A stretch of 64,000 bases of DNA. Source: Haliotis rufescens (Eukaryota). Shown here in pieces: positions 1 to 13,416 of the stretch; position 1 is the first letter of the stretch, and every line of letters starts with the position of its first letter. A model generated the notes under the pieces. That model was not told the origin of the DNA. It searched no databases and saw nothing but the letters and a program-made list of their open reading frames with translations. The translations under genes and the position numbers were made by a program. The stretch covers positions 3,844,001-3,908,000 of the forward strand of contig NW_025963813.1 of the NCBI RefSeq assembly GCF_023055435.1. Direction: 5' to 3'.

Positions 1-208
1 CCTTTTGTATTAGGAGGATTCATATGCCAAGAATGGGACTAACACTAGCTCTCGCTGCAGCTGTTTTTGTAATCAATAGGATACGGTTCTCCGTATGTGC
101 GTTTGTATTATACATCATGTACCACATAGGTGATATGTGTTTCTTCTTTTAATTTGCAGGTAAGCAGTAAGTAAATACAAAGTCGAAAAGACAAATTCAT
201 TTCATGGT

Positions 209-214
209 TTTATT
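209..214 (-). terminator. Polyadenylation signal AATAAA of the Gly-rich gene (same position in every unit)
   Basis: tttatt on + strand, ~113 bp past the stop codon; conserved in all units and in the remnant near 35740. Confidence 0.75.
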
Positions 215-326
215 TGAAGTCGTTTCTCAAAGTTGACATTGTATAGTGTGGTGTAGTCAACGATTCTATGGCAACGATGGCATCAAATGTCCAGCATTTG
301 ATAGAAATGTGAAGAGCCTGTTGAGT

Positions 327-991
327 TTAACCATGGTGGCCACCGCCTCCATGGCCACCTCCTCCATGGCCGCCGCCACCGTGACCACCTCCGTGGCCAC
401 CACCACCGTGGCCGCCGCCGCCGCCACCATGACCACCTCCGTGGCCGCCACCTCCATGTCCGCCGCCACCATGACCCCCACCACCTTTGCCGCCTCCTCC
501 GTGGCCGCCACCCCCTTTGCCACCGCCTCCTTTTCCGCCACCTCCTCCGTGGCCGCCACCTCCTTTGCCACCGCCTCCTTTGCCACCACCTCCTTTGCCA
601 CCGCCTCCTTTGCCACCGCCTCCTTTGCCACCGCCTCCTTTGCCACCACCTCCTTTTCCACCGCCTCCATGTCCTCCTCCGCCTCCTTTGCCGCCACCCC
701 CTCCGTGGCCACCATAGGCAGAGCCAAAGAAGGCTGTGAACACTAGAAAGGAGAACAGTGCATCTGTAGTTAAATGTCTTTAAAGAACAACGCAAGAATA
801 TAGTTTTCAACCTCATAATGTTGCCAATTACCTTTTGTACGCTCTTTAAGTCACGTTGCTGTAGAAAATAGGCAATGAATTAAAAGATAAGTGAATTTAT
901 CAGTCCACATTTCAATAGAACTCACACAGCTCACGTTTGAAAGTTTGAACTTACCCAAGGCCACAACGAGTGCAATTTTATAGAGCTGCAT
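327..991 (-). CDS. Secreted Gly/His/Lys-only repeat protein, copy 1 (150 aa; exons 991-955, 742-327)
   Basis: Exon 1 ATG..TTG G|GTAAGT (MQLYKIALVVAL). 212-bp intron with polypyrimidine CTAG acceptor. The phase-1 join gives MQLYKIALVVALVFTAFFGSAYG (signal peptide) then GH(GGGGK/GGGGH)n..HHG*. TATA, Inr and AATAAA are correctly placed. Confidence 0.93.
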
Positions 992-1030
992 CTTCACAGT
1001 TACGTCTATCCACAGTAGAATAAACGGTGT

Positions 1031-1066
1031 GAATGACCACGTAGCAAATACACAAGGCCTTTTATA
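1031..1066 (-). promoter_or_regulatory. Core promoter: TATAAAAG (1066-1059) and Inr TCATTC (1036-1031); repeated in each unit
   Basis: Canonical TATA box ~32 nt upstream of the A of a TCAKTY initiator; ATG lies 43 nt further on. Confidence 0.8.
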
Positions 1067-2814
1067 CAAATGGATAAGGAAATCAGGACACTATGAATCG
1101 AAATACTCCCAATGGAGAAAGAAAGAGAACAAGTTCTATTTTGACTTTTTCCTCAACATGTATTTGTAAACTAACACCAGATTATATAATATCACCTTGG
1201 CATTGGAGAGTTTCATTCTTTATTATTTACGTCTTCCTGAATAACCATCAAAACATGCTGTGCATTTGTTACGTAAGGCGGCGCCCCTTGGATGTTTCTC
1301 TGTTGGATTAAATGCAAGGTGCACTGACTCATCCAATGAATTCAAAGCAAATATGACATACAAAAACAATGAATAGACGGGTCTCTATAAAATGCAAGGA
1401 CAATGATTAGCTGTAAATATCATGTTACAATAGGTCTCGTTATGCAGTTTCTTGGTCCCATCAATGACTATTGTAAAATACCTATATCTTAAATGAGCAA
1501 ACAGTAGATACTGCATGCTTTTCATTTGATGAAAATACACCGATATTTAGGGAATTACAACACGTACTACGCCTCCGTCGCCTTATATGCTGCTCGTAGC
1601 ACCACAACACATACTGTAAGTGATATCTACTCAATAATGGACACAGAAGTGACCGTGCAACCACTTATACACGAAATATATTTACACCTATCTGAGAAGC
1701 GTAGGGATAAAAGAGGGCTACAGTCTGAAAGCAGAATATGAGACCGCTCCATGTCACACATCTGAGTTGCTTTTTTCAAAGCAGTTAAAAGAACCTAGAT
1801 AATTAATTCAACTATTGTAGTCTGCATGTTTAAAATATTTCTTTGAGCTCTTTCCACACGATCGAAATCGCGTACCAATATATGCTGACCGCAGTAACCT
1901 GTAAGGGGCATACTATCTCCATCTGACTCAGCAATACAGTAAACTAAATGTAATGTCAACGGTATTACATTTGAGAAAGAGTGCTAAATGACATCCTATT
2001 ATTGTGTGCGGATAGTGTATCAATGCAGTTAGCAAACTGATAGTCAAATGGACAGGTGTGAAGTTAACTAGGTATGGTATGTAGCTACTTTAATACTATT
2101 GTAATTCTCCACAAGGTCAGAACTGCTAAAATGCAGAAACGCCTAAACGTGGACAAGAACAAGGTATTTGTGAAGCATTTGGGGACGATTATGTAGGGTT
2201 GAAACTTCTTTAAATCTTGAGACAAAACGTATTAGAGGGGAAGAGTTCTGTTTTTGACGCATACACAGTGAAGACAAAATGTTGAAATACATTAAAAGTA
2301 AAATGTACTCATAGGATAGATATATAGGTATTTTGCAATTATCAACGGAATCTGTTGAGCTAATTCTAGGGACGATGTGTATGATTTCACTAGTGGAAAC
2401 TGATATATACCATGTATTTATAAATTGGCTTTCCGACAACACAGTCAAGGCAAGGAGTGAATTATTTGCAATGTTTAATTGTTAATTACCTTTTGTATTA
2501 GGAGGATTCATATGCCAAGAATGGGACTAACACTAGCTCTCGCTGCAGCTGTTTTTGTAATCAATAGGATACGGTTCTCCGTATGTGCGTTTGTATTATA
2601 CATCATGTACCACATAGGTGATATGTGTTTCTTCTTTTAATTTGCAGGTAAGCAGTAAGTAAATACAAAGTCGAAAAGACAAATTCATTTCATGGTTTTA
2701 TTTGAAGTCGTTTCTCAAAGTTGACATTGTATAGTGTGGTGTAGTCAACGATTCTATGGCAACGATGGCATCAAATGTCCAGCATTTGATAGAAATGTGA
2801 AGAGCCTGTTGAGT

Positions 2815-3479
2815 TTAACCATGGTGGCCACCGCCTCCATGGCCACCTCCTCCATGGCCGCCGCCACCGTGACCACCTCCGTGGCCACCACCACCGTGGC
2901 CGCCGCCGCCGCCACCATGACCACCTCCGTGGCCGCCACCTCCATGTCCGCCGCCACCATGACCCCCACCACCTTTGCCGCCTCCTCCGTGGCCGCCACC
3001 CCCTTTGCCACCGCCTCCTTTTCCGCCACCTCCTCCGTGGCCGCCACCTCCTTTGCCACCGCCTCCTTTGCCACCACCTCCTTTGCCACCGCCTCCTTTG
3101 CCACCGCCTCCTTTGCCACCGCCTCCTTTGCCACCACCTCCTTTTCCACCGCCTCCATGTCCTCCTCCGCCTCCTTTGCCGCCACCCCCTCCGTGGCCAC
3201 CATAGGCAGAGCCAAAGAAGGCTGTGAACACTAGAAAGGAGAACAGTGCATCTGTAGTTAAATGTCTTTAAAGAACAACGCAAGAATATAGTTTTCAACC
3301 TCATAATGTTGCCAATTACCTTTTGTACGCTCTTTAAGTCACGTTGCTGTAGAAAATAGGCAATGAATTAAAAGATAAGTGAATTTATCAGTCCACATTT
3401 CAATAGAACTCACACAGCTCACGTTTGAAAGTTTGAACTTACCCAAGGCCACAACGAGTGCAATTTTATAGAGCTGCAT
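2815..3479 (-). CDS. Gly/His/Lys secreted protein copy 2 (150 aa; exons 3479-3443, 3230-2815)
   Basis: Same exon/intron structure as copy 1. Confidence 0.92.
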
Positions 3480-5302
3480 CTTCACAGTTACGTCTATCCA
3501 CAGTAGAATAAACGGTGTGAATGACCATGTAGCAAATACACAAGGCCTTTTATACAAATGGATAAGGAAATCAGGACACTATGAATCGAAATACTCCCAA
3601 TGGAGAAAGAAAGAGAACAAGTTCTATTTTGACTTTTTCCTCAACATGTATTTGTAAACTAACACCAGATTATATAGTATCACCTTGGCATTGGAGAGTT
3701 TCATTCTTTATTATTTACGTCTTCCTGAATAACCATCAAAACATGCTGTGCATTTGTTACGTAAGGCGGCGCCCCTTGGATGTTTCTCTGTTGGATTAAA
3801 TGCAAGGTGCACTGACTCATCCAATGAATTCAAAGCAAATATGACATACAAAAACAATGAATAGACGGGTCTCTATAAAATGCAAGAACAATGATTAGCT
3901 GTAAATATCATGTTACAATAGGTCTCGTTATGCAGTTTCTTGGTCCCATCAATGACTATTGTAAAATACCTATATCTTAAATGAGCAAACAGTAGATACT
4001 GCATGCTTTTCATTTGATGAAAATACACCGATATTTAGGGAATTACAACACGTACTACGCCTCCGTCGCCTTATATGCTGCTCGTAGCACCACAACACAT
4101 ACTGTAAGTAATATCTACTCAATAATGGACACAGAAGTGACCGTGCAACCACTTATACAGGAAATATATTTACACCTATCTGAGAAGCGTAGGGATAAAA
4201 GAGGGCTACAGTCTGAAAGCAGAATATGAGACCGCTCCATGTCACACATCTGAGTTGCTTTTTTCAAAGCAGTTAAAAGAACCTAGATAATTAATTCAAC
4301 TATTGTAGTCTGCATGTTTAAAATATTTCTTTGAGCTCTTTCCACACGATCGAAATCGCGTACCAATATATGCTGACCGCAGTAACCTGTAAGGGGCATA
4401 CTATCTCCATCTGACTCAGCAATACAGTAAACTAAATGTAATGTCAACGGTATTACATTTGAGAAAGAGTGCTAAATGACATCCTATTATTGTGTGCGGA
4501 TAGTGTATCAATGCAGTTAGCAAACTGATAGTCAAATGGACAGGTGTGAAGTTAACTAGGTATGGTATGTAGCTACTTTAATACTATTGTAATTCTCCAC
4601 AAGGTCAGAACTGCTAAAATGCAGAAACGCCTAAACGTGGACAAGAACAAGGTATTTGTGAAGCATTTGGGGACGATTATGTAGGGTTGAAACTTCTTTA
4701 AATCTTGAGACAAAACGTATTAGAGGGGAAGAGTTCTGTTTTTGACGCATACACAGTGAAGACAAAATGTTGAAATACATTAAAAGTAAAATGTACTCAT
4801 AGGATAGATATATAGGTATTTTGCAATTATCAACGGAATCTGTTGAGCTAATTCTAGGGACGACGTGTATGATTTCACTAGTGGAAACTGATATATACCA
4901 TGTTTTTATAAATTCGCTTTCCGACAACACAGTCAAGGCAAGGAGTGAATTATTTGCAATGTTTAATTGTAAATTACCTTTTGTATTAGGAGGATTCATA
5001 TGCCAAGAATGGGACTAAAACTAGCTCTCGCTGCAGCTGTTTTTGTAATCAATAGGATACGGTTCTCCGTATGTGCGTTTGTATTATACATCATGTACCA
5101 CATAGGTGATATGTGTTTCTTCTTTTAATTTGCAGGTAAGCAGTAAGTAAATACAAAGTCGAAAAGACATATTCATTTCATGGTTTTATTTGAAGTCGTT
5201 TCTCAAAGTTGACATTGTATAGTGTGGTGTAGTCAACGATTCTATGGCAACGATGGCATCAAATGTCCAGCATTTGATAGAAATGTGAAGAGCCTGTTGA
5301 GT

Positions 5303-5952
5303 TTAACCATGGTGGCCACCGCCTCCATGGCCACCTCCTCCATGGCCGCCGCCACCGTGACCACCTCCGTGGCCACCACCACCGTGGCCGCCGCCGCCGC
5401 CACCATGACCACCTCCGTGGCCGCCACCTCCATGTCCGCCGCCACCATGACCCCCACCACCTTTGCCGCCTCCTCCGTGGCCGCCACCCCCTTTGCCACC
5501 GCGTCCTTTTCCGCCACCTCCTCCGTGGCCGCCACCTCCTTTGCCACCGCCTCCTTTGCCACCACCTCCTTTGCCACCGCCTCCTTTGCCACCGCCTCCT
5601 TTGCCACCACCTCCTTTTCCACCGCCTCCATGTCCTCCTCCGCCTCCTTTGCCGCCACCCCCTCCGTGGCCACCATAGGCAGAGCCAAAGAAGGCTGTGA
5701 ACACTAGAAAGGAGAACAGTGCATCTGTAGTTAAATGTCTTTAAAGAACAACGCAAGAATATAGTTTTCAACCTCATAATGTTGCCAATTACCTTTTGTA
5801 CGCTCTTTAAGTCACGTTGCTGTAGAAAATAGGCAATGAATTAAAAGATAAGTGAATTTATCAGTCCACATTTCAATAGAACTCACACAGCTCACGTTTG
5901 AAAGTTTGAACTTACCCAAGGCCACAACGAGTGCAATTTTATAGAGCTGCAT
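5303..5952 (-). CDS. Gly/His/Lys secreted protein copy 3 (145 aa; one GGGGK fewer, one G>R; exons 5952-5916, 5703-5303)
   Basis: Same structure; 15-bp in-frame deletion. Confidence 0.92.
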
Positions 5953-7775
5953 CTTCACAGTTACGTCTATCCACAGTAGAATAAACGGTGTGAATGACCA
6001 TGTAGCAAATACACAAGGCCTTTTATACAAATGGATAAGGAAATCAGGACACTATGAATCGAAATACTCCCAATGGAGAAAGAAAGAGAACAAGTTCTAT
6101 TTTGACTTTTTCCTCAACATGTATTTGTAAACTAACACCAGATTATATAATATCACCTTGGCATTGGAGAGTTTCATTCTTTATTATTTACGTCTTCCTG
6201 AATAACCATCAAAACATGCTGTGCATTTGTTACGTAAGGCGGCGCCCCTTGGATGTTTCTCTTTTGGATTAAATGCAAGGTGCACTGACTCATCCAATGA
6301 ATTCAAAGCAAATATGATATACAAAAACAATGAATAGACGGGTCTCTATAAAATGCAAGAACAATGATTAGCTGTAAATATCATGTTACAATAGGTCTCG
6401 TTATGCAGTTTCTTGGTCCCATCAATGACTATTGTAAAATACCTATATCTTAAATGAGCAAACAGTAGATACTGCATGCTTTTCATTTGATGAAAATACA
6501 CCGATATTTAGGGAATTACAACACGTACTACGTCTCCGTCGCCTTATATGCTGCTCGTAGCACCACAACACATACTGTAAGTAATATCTACTCAATAATG
6601 GACACAGAAGTGACCGTGCAACCACTTATACAGGAAATATATTTACACCTATCTGAGAAGCGTAGGGATAAAAGAGGGCTACAGTCTGAAAGCAGAATAT
6701 GAGACCGCTCCATGTCACACATCTGAGTTGCTTTTTTCAAAGCAGTTAAAAGAACCTAGATAATTAATTCAACTATTGTAGTCTGCATGTTTAAAATATT
6801 TCTTTGAGCTCTTTCCACACGATCGAAATCGCGTACCAATATATGCTGACCGCAGTAACCTGTAAGGGGCATACTATCTCCATCTGACTCAGCAATACAG
6901 TAAACTAAATGTAATGTCAACGGTATTACATTTAAGAAAGAGTGCTAAATGACATCCTATTATGGTGTGCGGATAGTGTATCAATGCAGTTAGCAAACTG
7001 ATAGTCAAATTGACAGGTGTGAAGTTAACTAGGTATGGTATGTTGCTACTTTAATACTATTGTAATTCTCCACAAGGTCAGAACTGCTAAAATGCAGAAA
7101 CGCCTAAACGTGGACAAGAACAAGGTAGATGTGAAGCATTTGGGGACGATTATGTAGGGTTGAACATTTTTTAAATCTTGAGACAAAACGTATTAGAGGG
7201 GAAGAGTTCTGTTTTTGACGCATACACAGTGAAGACAAAATGTTGAAATACATTAAAAGCAAAATGTTCTCATAGGATAGATATAAAGGTATTTTGCAAT
7301 TATCAACGGAATCTGTTGAGCTAATTCTAGGGACGATGTGTATGATTTCACTAGTGGAAACTGATTTATACCATGTATTTATAAATTGGCTTTCCGACAA
7401 CACAGTCAAGGCAAGGAGTGAATTATTTGCAATGTTTAATTGTAAATTACCTTTTGTATTAGGAGGATTCATATGCCAAGAATGGGACTAAAACTAGCTC
7501 TCGCTGCAGCTGTTTTTGTAATCAATAGGATACGGTTCTCCGTATGTGCGTTTGTATTATACATCATGTACCACATAGGTGATATGTGTTTCTTCTTTTA
7601 ATTTGCAGGTAAGCAGTAAGTAAATACAAAGTCGAAAAGACATATTCATTTCATGGTTTTATTTGAAGTCGTTTCTCAAAGTTGACATTGTATAGTGTGG
7701 TGTAGTCAACGATTCTATGGCAACGATGGCATCAAATGTCCAGCATTTGATAGAAATGTGAAGAGCCTGTTGAGT

Positions 7776-8440
7776 TTAACCATGGTGGCCACCGCCTCCA
7801 TGGCCACCTCCTCCATGGCCGCCGCCACCGTGACCACCTCCGTGGCCACCACCACCGTGGCCGCCGCCGCCGCCACCATGACCACCTCCGTGGCCGCCAC
7901 CTCCATGTCCGCCGCCACCATGACCCCCACCACCTTTGCCGCCTCCTCCGTGGCCGCCACCCCCTTTGCCACCGCCTCCTTTTCCGCCACCTCCTCCGTG
8001 GCCGCCACCTCCTTTGCCACCGCCTCCTTTGCCACCACCTCCTTTGCCACCGCCTCCTTTGCCACCGCCTCCTTTGCCACCGCCTCCTTTGCCACCACCT
8101 CCTTTTCCACCGCCTCCATGTCCTCCTCCGCCTCCTTTGCCGCCACCCCCTCCGTGGCCACCATAGGCAGAGCCAAAGAAGGCTGTGAACACTAGAAAGG
8201 AGAACAGTGCATCTGTAGTTAAATGTCTTTAAAGAACAACGCAAGAATATAGTTTTCAACCTCATAATGTTGCCAATTACCTTTTGTACGCTCTTTAAGT
8301 CACGTTGCTGTAGAAAATAGGCAATGAATTAAAAGATAAGTGAATTTATCAGTCCACATTTCAATAGAACTCACACAGCTCACGTTTGAAAGTTTGAACT
8401 TACCCAAGGCCACAACGAGTGCAATTTTATAGAGCTGCAT
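7776..8440 (-). CDS. Gly/His/Lys secreted protein copy 4 (150 aa; exons 8440-8404, 8191-7776)
   Basis: Same structure as copy 1. Confidence 0.92.
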
Positions 8441-10263
8441 CTTCACAGTTACGTCTATCCACAGTAGAATAAACGGTGTGAATGACCATGTAGCAAATAC
8501 ACAAGGCCTTTTATACAAATGGATAAGGAAATCAGGACACTATGAATCGAAATACTCCCAATGGAGAAAGAAAGAGAACAAGTTCTATTTTGACTTTTTC
8601 CTCAACATGTATTTGTAAACTAACACCAGATTATATAATATCACCTTGGCATTGGAGAGTTTCATTCTTTATTATTTACGTCTTCCTGAATAACCATCAA
8701 AACATGCTGTGCATTTGTTACGTAAGGCGGCGCCCCTTGGATGTTTCTCTGTTGGATTAAATGCAAGGTGCACTGACTCATCCAATGAATTCAAAGCAAA
8801 TATGACATACAAAAACAATGAATAGACGGGTCTCTATAAAATGCAAGAACAATGATTAGCTGTAAATATCATGTTACAATAGGTCTCGTTATGCAGTTTC
8901 TTGGTCCCATCAATGACTATTGTAAAATACCTATATCTTAAATGAGCAAACAGTAGATACTGCATGCTTTTCATTTGATGAAAATACACCGATATTTAGG
9001 GAATTACAACACGTACTACGTCTCCGTCGCCTTATATGCTGCTCGTAGCACCACAACACATACTGTAAGTAATATCTACTCAATAATGGACACAGAAGTG
9101 ACCGTGCAACCACTTATACAGGAAATATATTTACACCTATCTGAGAAGCGTAGGGATAAAAGAGGGCTACAGTCTGAAAGCAGAATATGAGACCGCTCCA
9201 TGTCACACATCTGAGTTGCTTTTTTCAAAGCAGTTAAAAGAACCTAGATAATTAATTCAACTATTGTAGTCTGCATGTTTAAAATATTTCTTTGAGCTCT
9301 TTCCACACGATCGAAATCGCGTACCAATATATGCTGACCGCAGTAACCTGTAAGGGGCATACTATCTCCATCTGACTCAGCAATACAGTAAACTAAATGT
9401 AATGTCAACGGTATTACATTTAAGAAAGAGTGCTAAATGACATCCTATTATGGTGTGCGGATAGTGTATCAATGCAGTTAGCAAACTGATAGTCAAATGG
9501 ACAGGTGTGAAGTTAACTAGGTATGGTATGTTGCTACTTTAATACTATTGTAATTCTCCACAAGGTCAGAACTGCTAAAATGCAGAAACGCCTAAACGTG
9601 GACAAGAACAAGGTAGATGTGAAGCATTTGGGGACGATTATGTAGGGTTGAACATTTTTTAAATCTTGAGACAAAACGTATTAGAGGGGAAGAGTTCTGT
9701 TTTTGACGCATACACAGTGAAGACAAAATGTTGAAATACATTAAAAGCAAAATGTTCTCATAGGATAGATATAAAGGTATTTTGCAATTATCAACGGAAT
9801 CTGTTGAGCTAATTCTAGGGACGATGTGTATGATTTCACTAGTGGAAACTGATATATACCATGTATTTATAAATTGGCTTTCCGACAACACAGTCAAGGC
9901 AAGGAGTGAATTATTTGCAATGTTTAATTGTAAATTACCTTTTGTATTAGGAGGATTCATATGCCAAGAATGGGACTAAAACTAGCTCTCGCTGCAGCTG
10001 TTTTTGTAATCAATAGGATACGGTTCTCCGTATGTGCGTTTGTATTATACATCATGTACCACATAGGTGATATGTGTTTCTTCTTTTAATTTGCAGGTAA
10101 GCAGTAAGTAAATACAAAGTCGAAAAGACATATTCATTTCATGGTTTTATTTGAAGTCGTTTCTCAAAGTTGACATTGTATAGTGTGGTGTAGTCAACGA
10201 TTCTATGGCAACGATGGCATCAAATGTCCAGCATTTGATAGAAATGTGAAGAGCCTGTTGAGT

Positions 10264-10928
10264 TTAACCATGGTGGCCACCGCCTCCATGGCCACCTCCT
10301 CCATGGCCGCCGCCACCGTGACCACCTCCGTGGCCACCACCACCGTGGCCGCCGCCGCCGCCACCATGACCACCTCCGTGGCCGCCACCTCCATGTCCGC
10401 CGCCACCATGACCCCCACCACCTTTGCCGCCTCCTCCGTGGCCGCCACCCCCTTTGCCACCGCCTCCTTTTCCGCCACCTCCTCCGTGGCCGCCACCTCC
10501 TTTGCCACCGCCTCCTTTGCCACCACCTCCTTTGCCACCGCCTCCTTTGCCACCGCCTCCTTTGCCACCGCCTCCTTTGCCACCACCTCCTTTTCCACCG
10601 CCTCCATGTCCTCCTCCGCCTCCTTTGCCGCCACCCCCTCCGTGGCCACCATAGGCAGAGCCAAAGAAGGCTGTGAACACTAGAAAGGAGAACAGTGCAT
10701 CTGTAGTTAAATGTCTTTAAAGAACAACGCAAGAATATAGTTTTCAACCTCATAATGTTGCCAATTACCTTTTGTACGCTCTTTAAGTCACGTTGATGTA
10801 GAAAATAGGCAATGAATTAAAAGATAAGTGAATTTATCAGTCCACATTTCAATAGAACTCACACAGCTCACGTTTGAAAGTTTGAACTTACCCAAGGCCA
10901 CAACGAGTGCAATTTTATAGAGCTGCAT
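10264..10928 (-). CDS. Gly/His/Lys secreted protein copy 5 (150 aa; exons 10928-10892, 10679-10264)
   Basis: Same structure as copy 1. Confidence 0.92.
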
Positions 10929-12751
10929 CTTCACAGTTACGTCTATCCACAGTAGAATAAACGGTGTGAATGACCATGTAGCAAATACACAAGGCCTTTT
11001 ATACAAATGGATAAGGAAATCAGGACACTATGAATCGAAATACTCCCAATGGAGAAAGAAAGAGAACAAGTTCTATTTTGACTTTTTCCTCAACATGTAT
11101 TTGTAAACTAACACCAGATTATATAATATCACCTTGGCATTGGAGAGTTTCATTCTTTATTATTTACGTCTTCCTGAATAACCATCAAAACATGCTGTGC
11201 ATTTGTTACGTAAGGCGGCGCCCCTTGGATGTTTCTCTTTTGGATTAAATGCAAGGTGCACTGACTCATCCAATGAATTCAAAGCAAATATGATATACAA
11301 AAACAATGAATAGACGGGTCTCTATAAAATGCAAGAACAATGATTAGCTGTAAATATCATGTTACAATAGGTCTCGTTATGCAGTTTCTTGGTCCCATCA
11401 ATGACTATTGTAAAATACCTATATCTTAAATGAGCAAACAGTAGATACTGCATGCTTTTCATTTGATGAAAATACACCGATATTTAGGGAATTACAACAC
11501 GTACTACGTCTCCGTCGCCTTATATGCTGCTCGTAGCACCACAACACATACTGTAAGTAATATCTACTCAATAATGGACACAGAAGTGACCGTGCAACCA
11601 CTTATACAGGAAATATATTTACACCTATCTGAGAAGCGTAGGGATAAAAGGGGGCTACAGTCTGAAAGCAGAATATGAGACCGCTCCATGTCACACATCT
11701 GAGTTGCTTTTTTCAAAGCAGTTAAAAGAACCTAGATAATTAATTCAACTATTGTAGTCTGCATGTTTAAAATATTTCTTTGAGCTCTTTCCACACGATC
11801 GAAATCGCGTACCAATATATGCTGACCGCAGTAACCTGTAAGGGGCATACTATCTCCATCTGACTCAGCAATACAGTAAACTAAATGTAATGTCAACGGT
11901 ATTACATTTAAGAAAGAGTGCTAAATGACATCCTATTATGGTGTGCGGATAGTGTATCAATGCAGTTAGCAAACTGATAGTCAAATTGACAGGTGTGAAG
12001 TTAACTAGGTATGGTATGTTGCTACTTTAATACTATTGTAATTCTCCACAAGGTCAGAACTGCTAAAATGCAGAAACGCCTAAACGTGGACAAGAACAAG
12101 GTAGATGTGAAGCATTTGGGGACGATTATGTAGGGTTGAACATTTTTTAAATCTTGAGACAAAACGTATTAGAGGGGAAGAGTTCTGTTTTTGACGCATA
12201 CACAGTGAAGACAAAATGTTGAAATACATTAAAAGCAAAATGTTCTCATAGGATAGATATAAAGGTATTTTGCAATTATCAACGGAATCTGTTGAGCTAA
12301 TTCTAGGGACGATGTGTATGATTTCACTAGTGGAAACTGATTTATACCATGTATTTATAAATTGGCTTTCCGACAACACAGTCAAGGCAAGGAGTGAATT
12401 ATTTGCAATGTTTAATTGTAAATTACCTTTTGTATTAGGAGGATTCATATGCCAAGAATGGGACTAAAACTAGCTCTCGCTGCAGCTGTTTTTGTAATCA
12501 ATAGGATACGGTTCTCCGTATGTGCGTTTGTATTATACATCATGTACCACATAGGTGATATGTGTTTCTTCTTTTAATTTGCAGGTAAGCAGTAAGTAAA
12601 TACAAAGTCGAAAAGACATATTCATTTCATGGTTTTATTTGAAGTCGTTTCTCAAAGTTGACATTGTATAGTGTGGTGTAGTCAACGATTCTATGGCAAC
12701 GATGGCATCAAATGTCCAGCATTTGATAGAAATGTGAAGAGCCTGTTGAGT

Positions 12752-13416
12752 TTAACCATGGTGGCCACCGCCTCCATGGCCACCTCCTCCATGGCCGCCG
12801 CCACCGTGACCACCTCCGTGGCCACCACCACCGTGGCCGCCGCCGCCGCCACCATGACCACCTCCGTGGCCGCCACCTCCATGTCCGCCGCCACCATGAC
12901 CCCCACCACCTTTGCCGCCTCCTCCGTGGCCGCCACCCCCTTTGCCACCGCCTCCTTTTCCGCCACCTCCTCCGTGGCCGCCACCTCCTTTGCCACCGCC
13001 TCCTTTGCCACCACCTCCTTTGCCACCGCCTCCTTTGCCACCGCCTCCTTTGCCACCGCCTCCTTTGCCACCACCTCCTTTTCCACCGCCTCCATGTCCT
13101 CCTCCGCCTCCTTTGCCGCCACCCCCTCCGTGGCCACCATAGGCAGAGCCAAAGAAGGCTGTGAACACTAGAAAGGAGAACAGTGCATCTGTAGTTAAAT
13201 GTCTTTAAAGAACAACGCAAGAATATAGTTTTCAACCTCATAATGTTGCCAATTACCTTTTGTACGCTCTTTAAGTCACGTTGATGTAGAAAATAGGCAA
13301 TGAATTAAAAGATAAGTGAATTTATCAGTCCACATTTCAATAGAACTCACACAGCTCACGTTTGAAAGTTTGAACTTACCCAAGGCCACAACGAGTGCAA
13401 TTTTATAGAGCTGCAT
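12752..13416 (-). CDS. Gly/His/Lys secreted protein copy 6 (150 aa; exons 13416-13380, 13167-12752)
   Basis: Same structure as copy 1. Confidence 0.92.

Noticed and set aside
246-816. Overlapping ORFs in other frames of each unit (Ala/Thr/Ser-rich, AVAKE repeats, Arg/Trp-rich, poly-Pro)
   Set aside because: Shadows of the GGN-codon repeat. Only the Gly frame is joined by canonical splice sites to a signal exon with promoter and poly(A) signal.
1550-1559. NF-kB-like site GGGAATTACA upstream of the Gly-rich gene
   Set aside because: Two mismatches to GGGRNWYYCC; not distinguishable from chance
851-2448. 60-122-aa ORFs in the intron and spacer of each unit
   Set aside because: No coding features; several are broken by indels in some units; recurrence merely reflects the tandem duplication. 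Only 955-991 of the 851-1069 ORF is a real exon.
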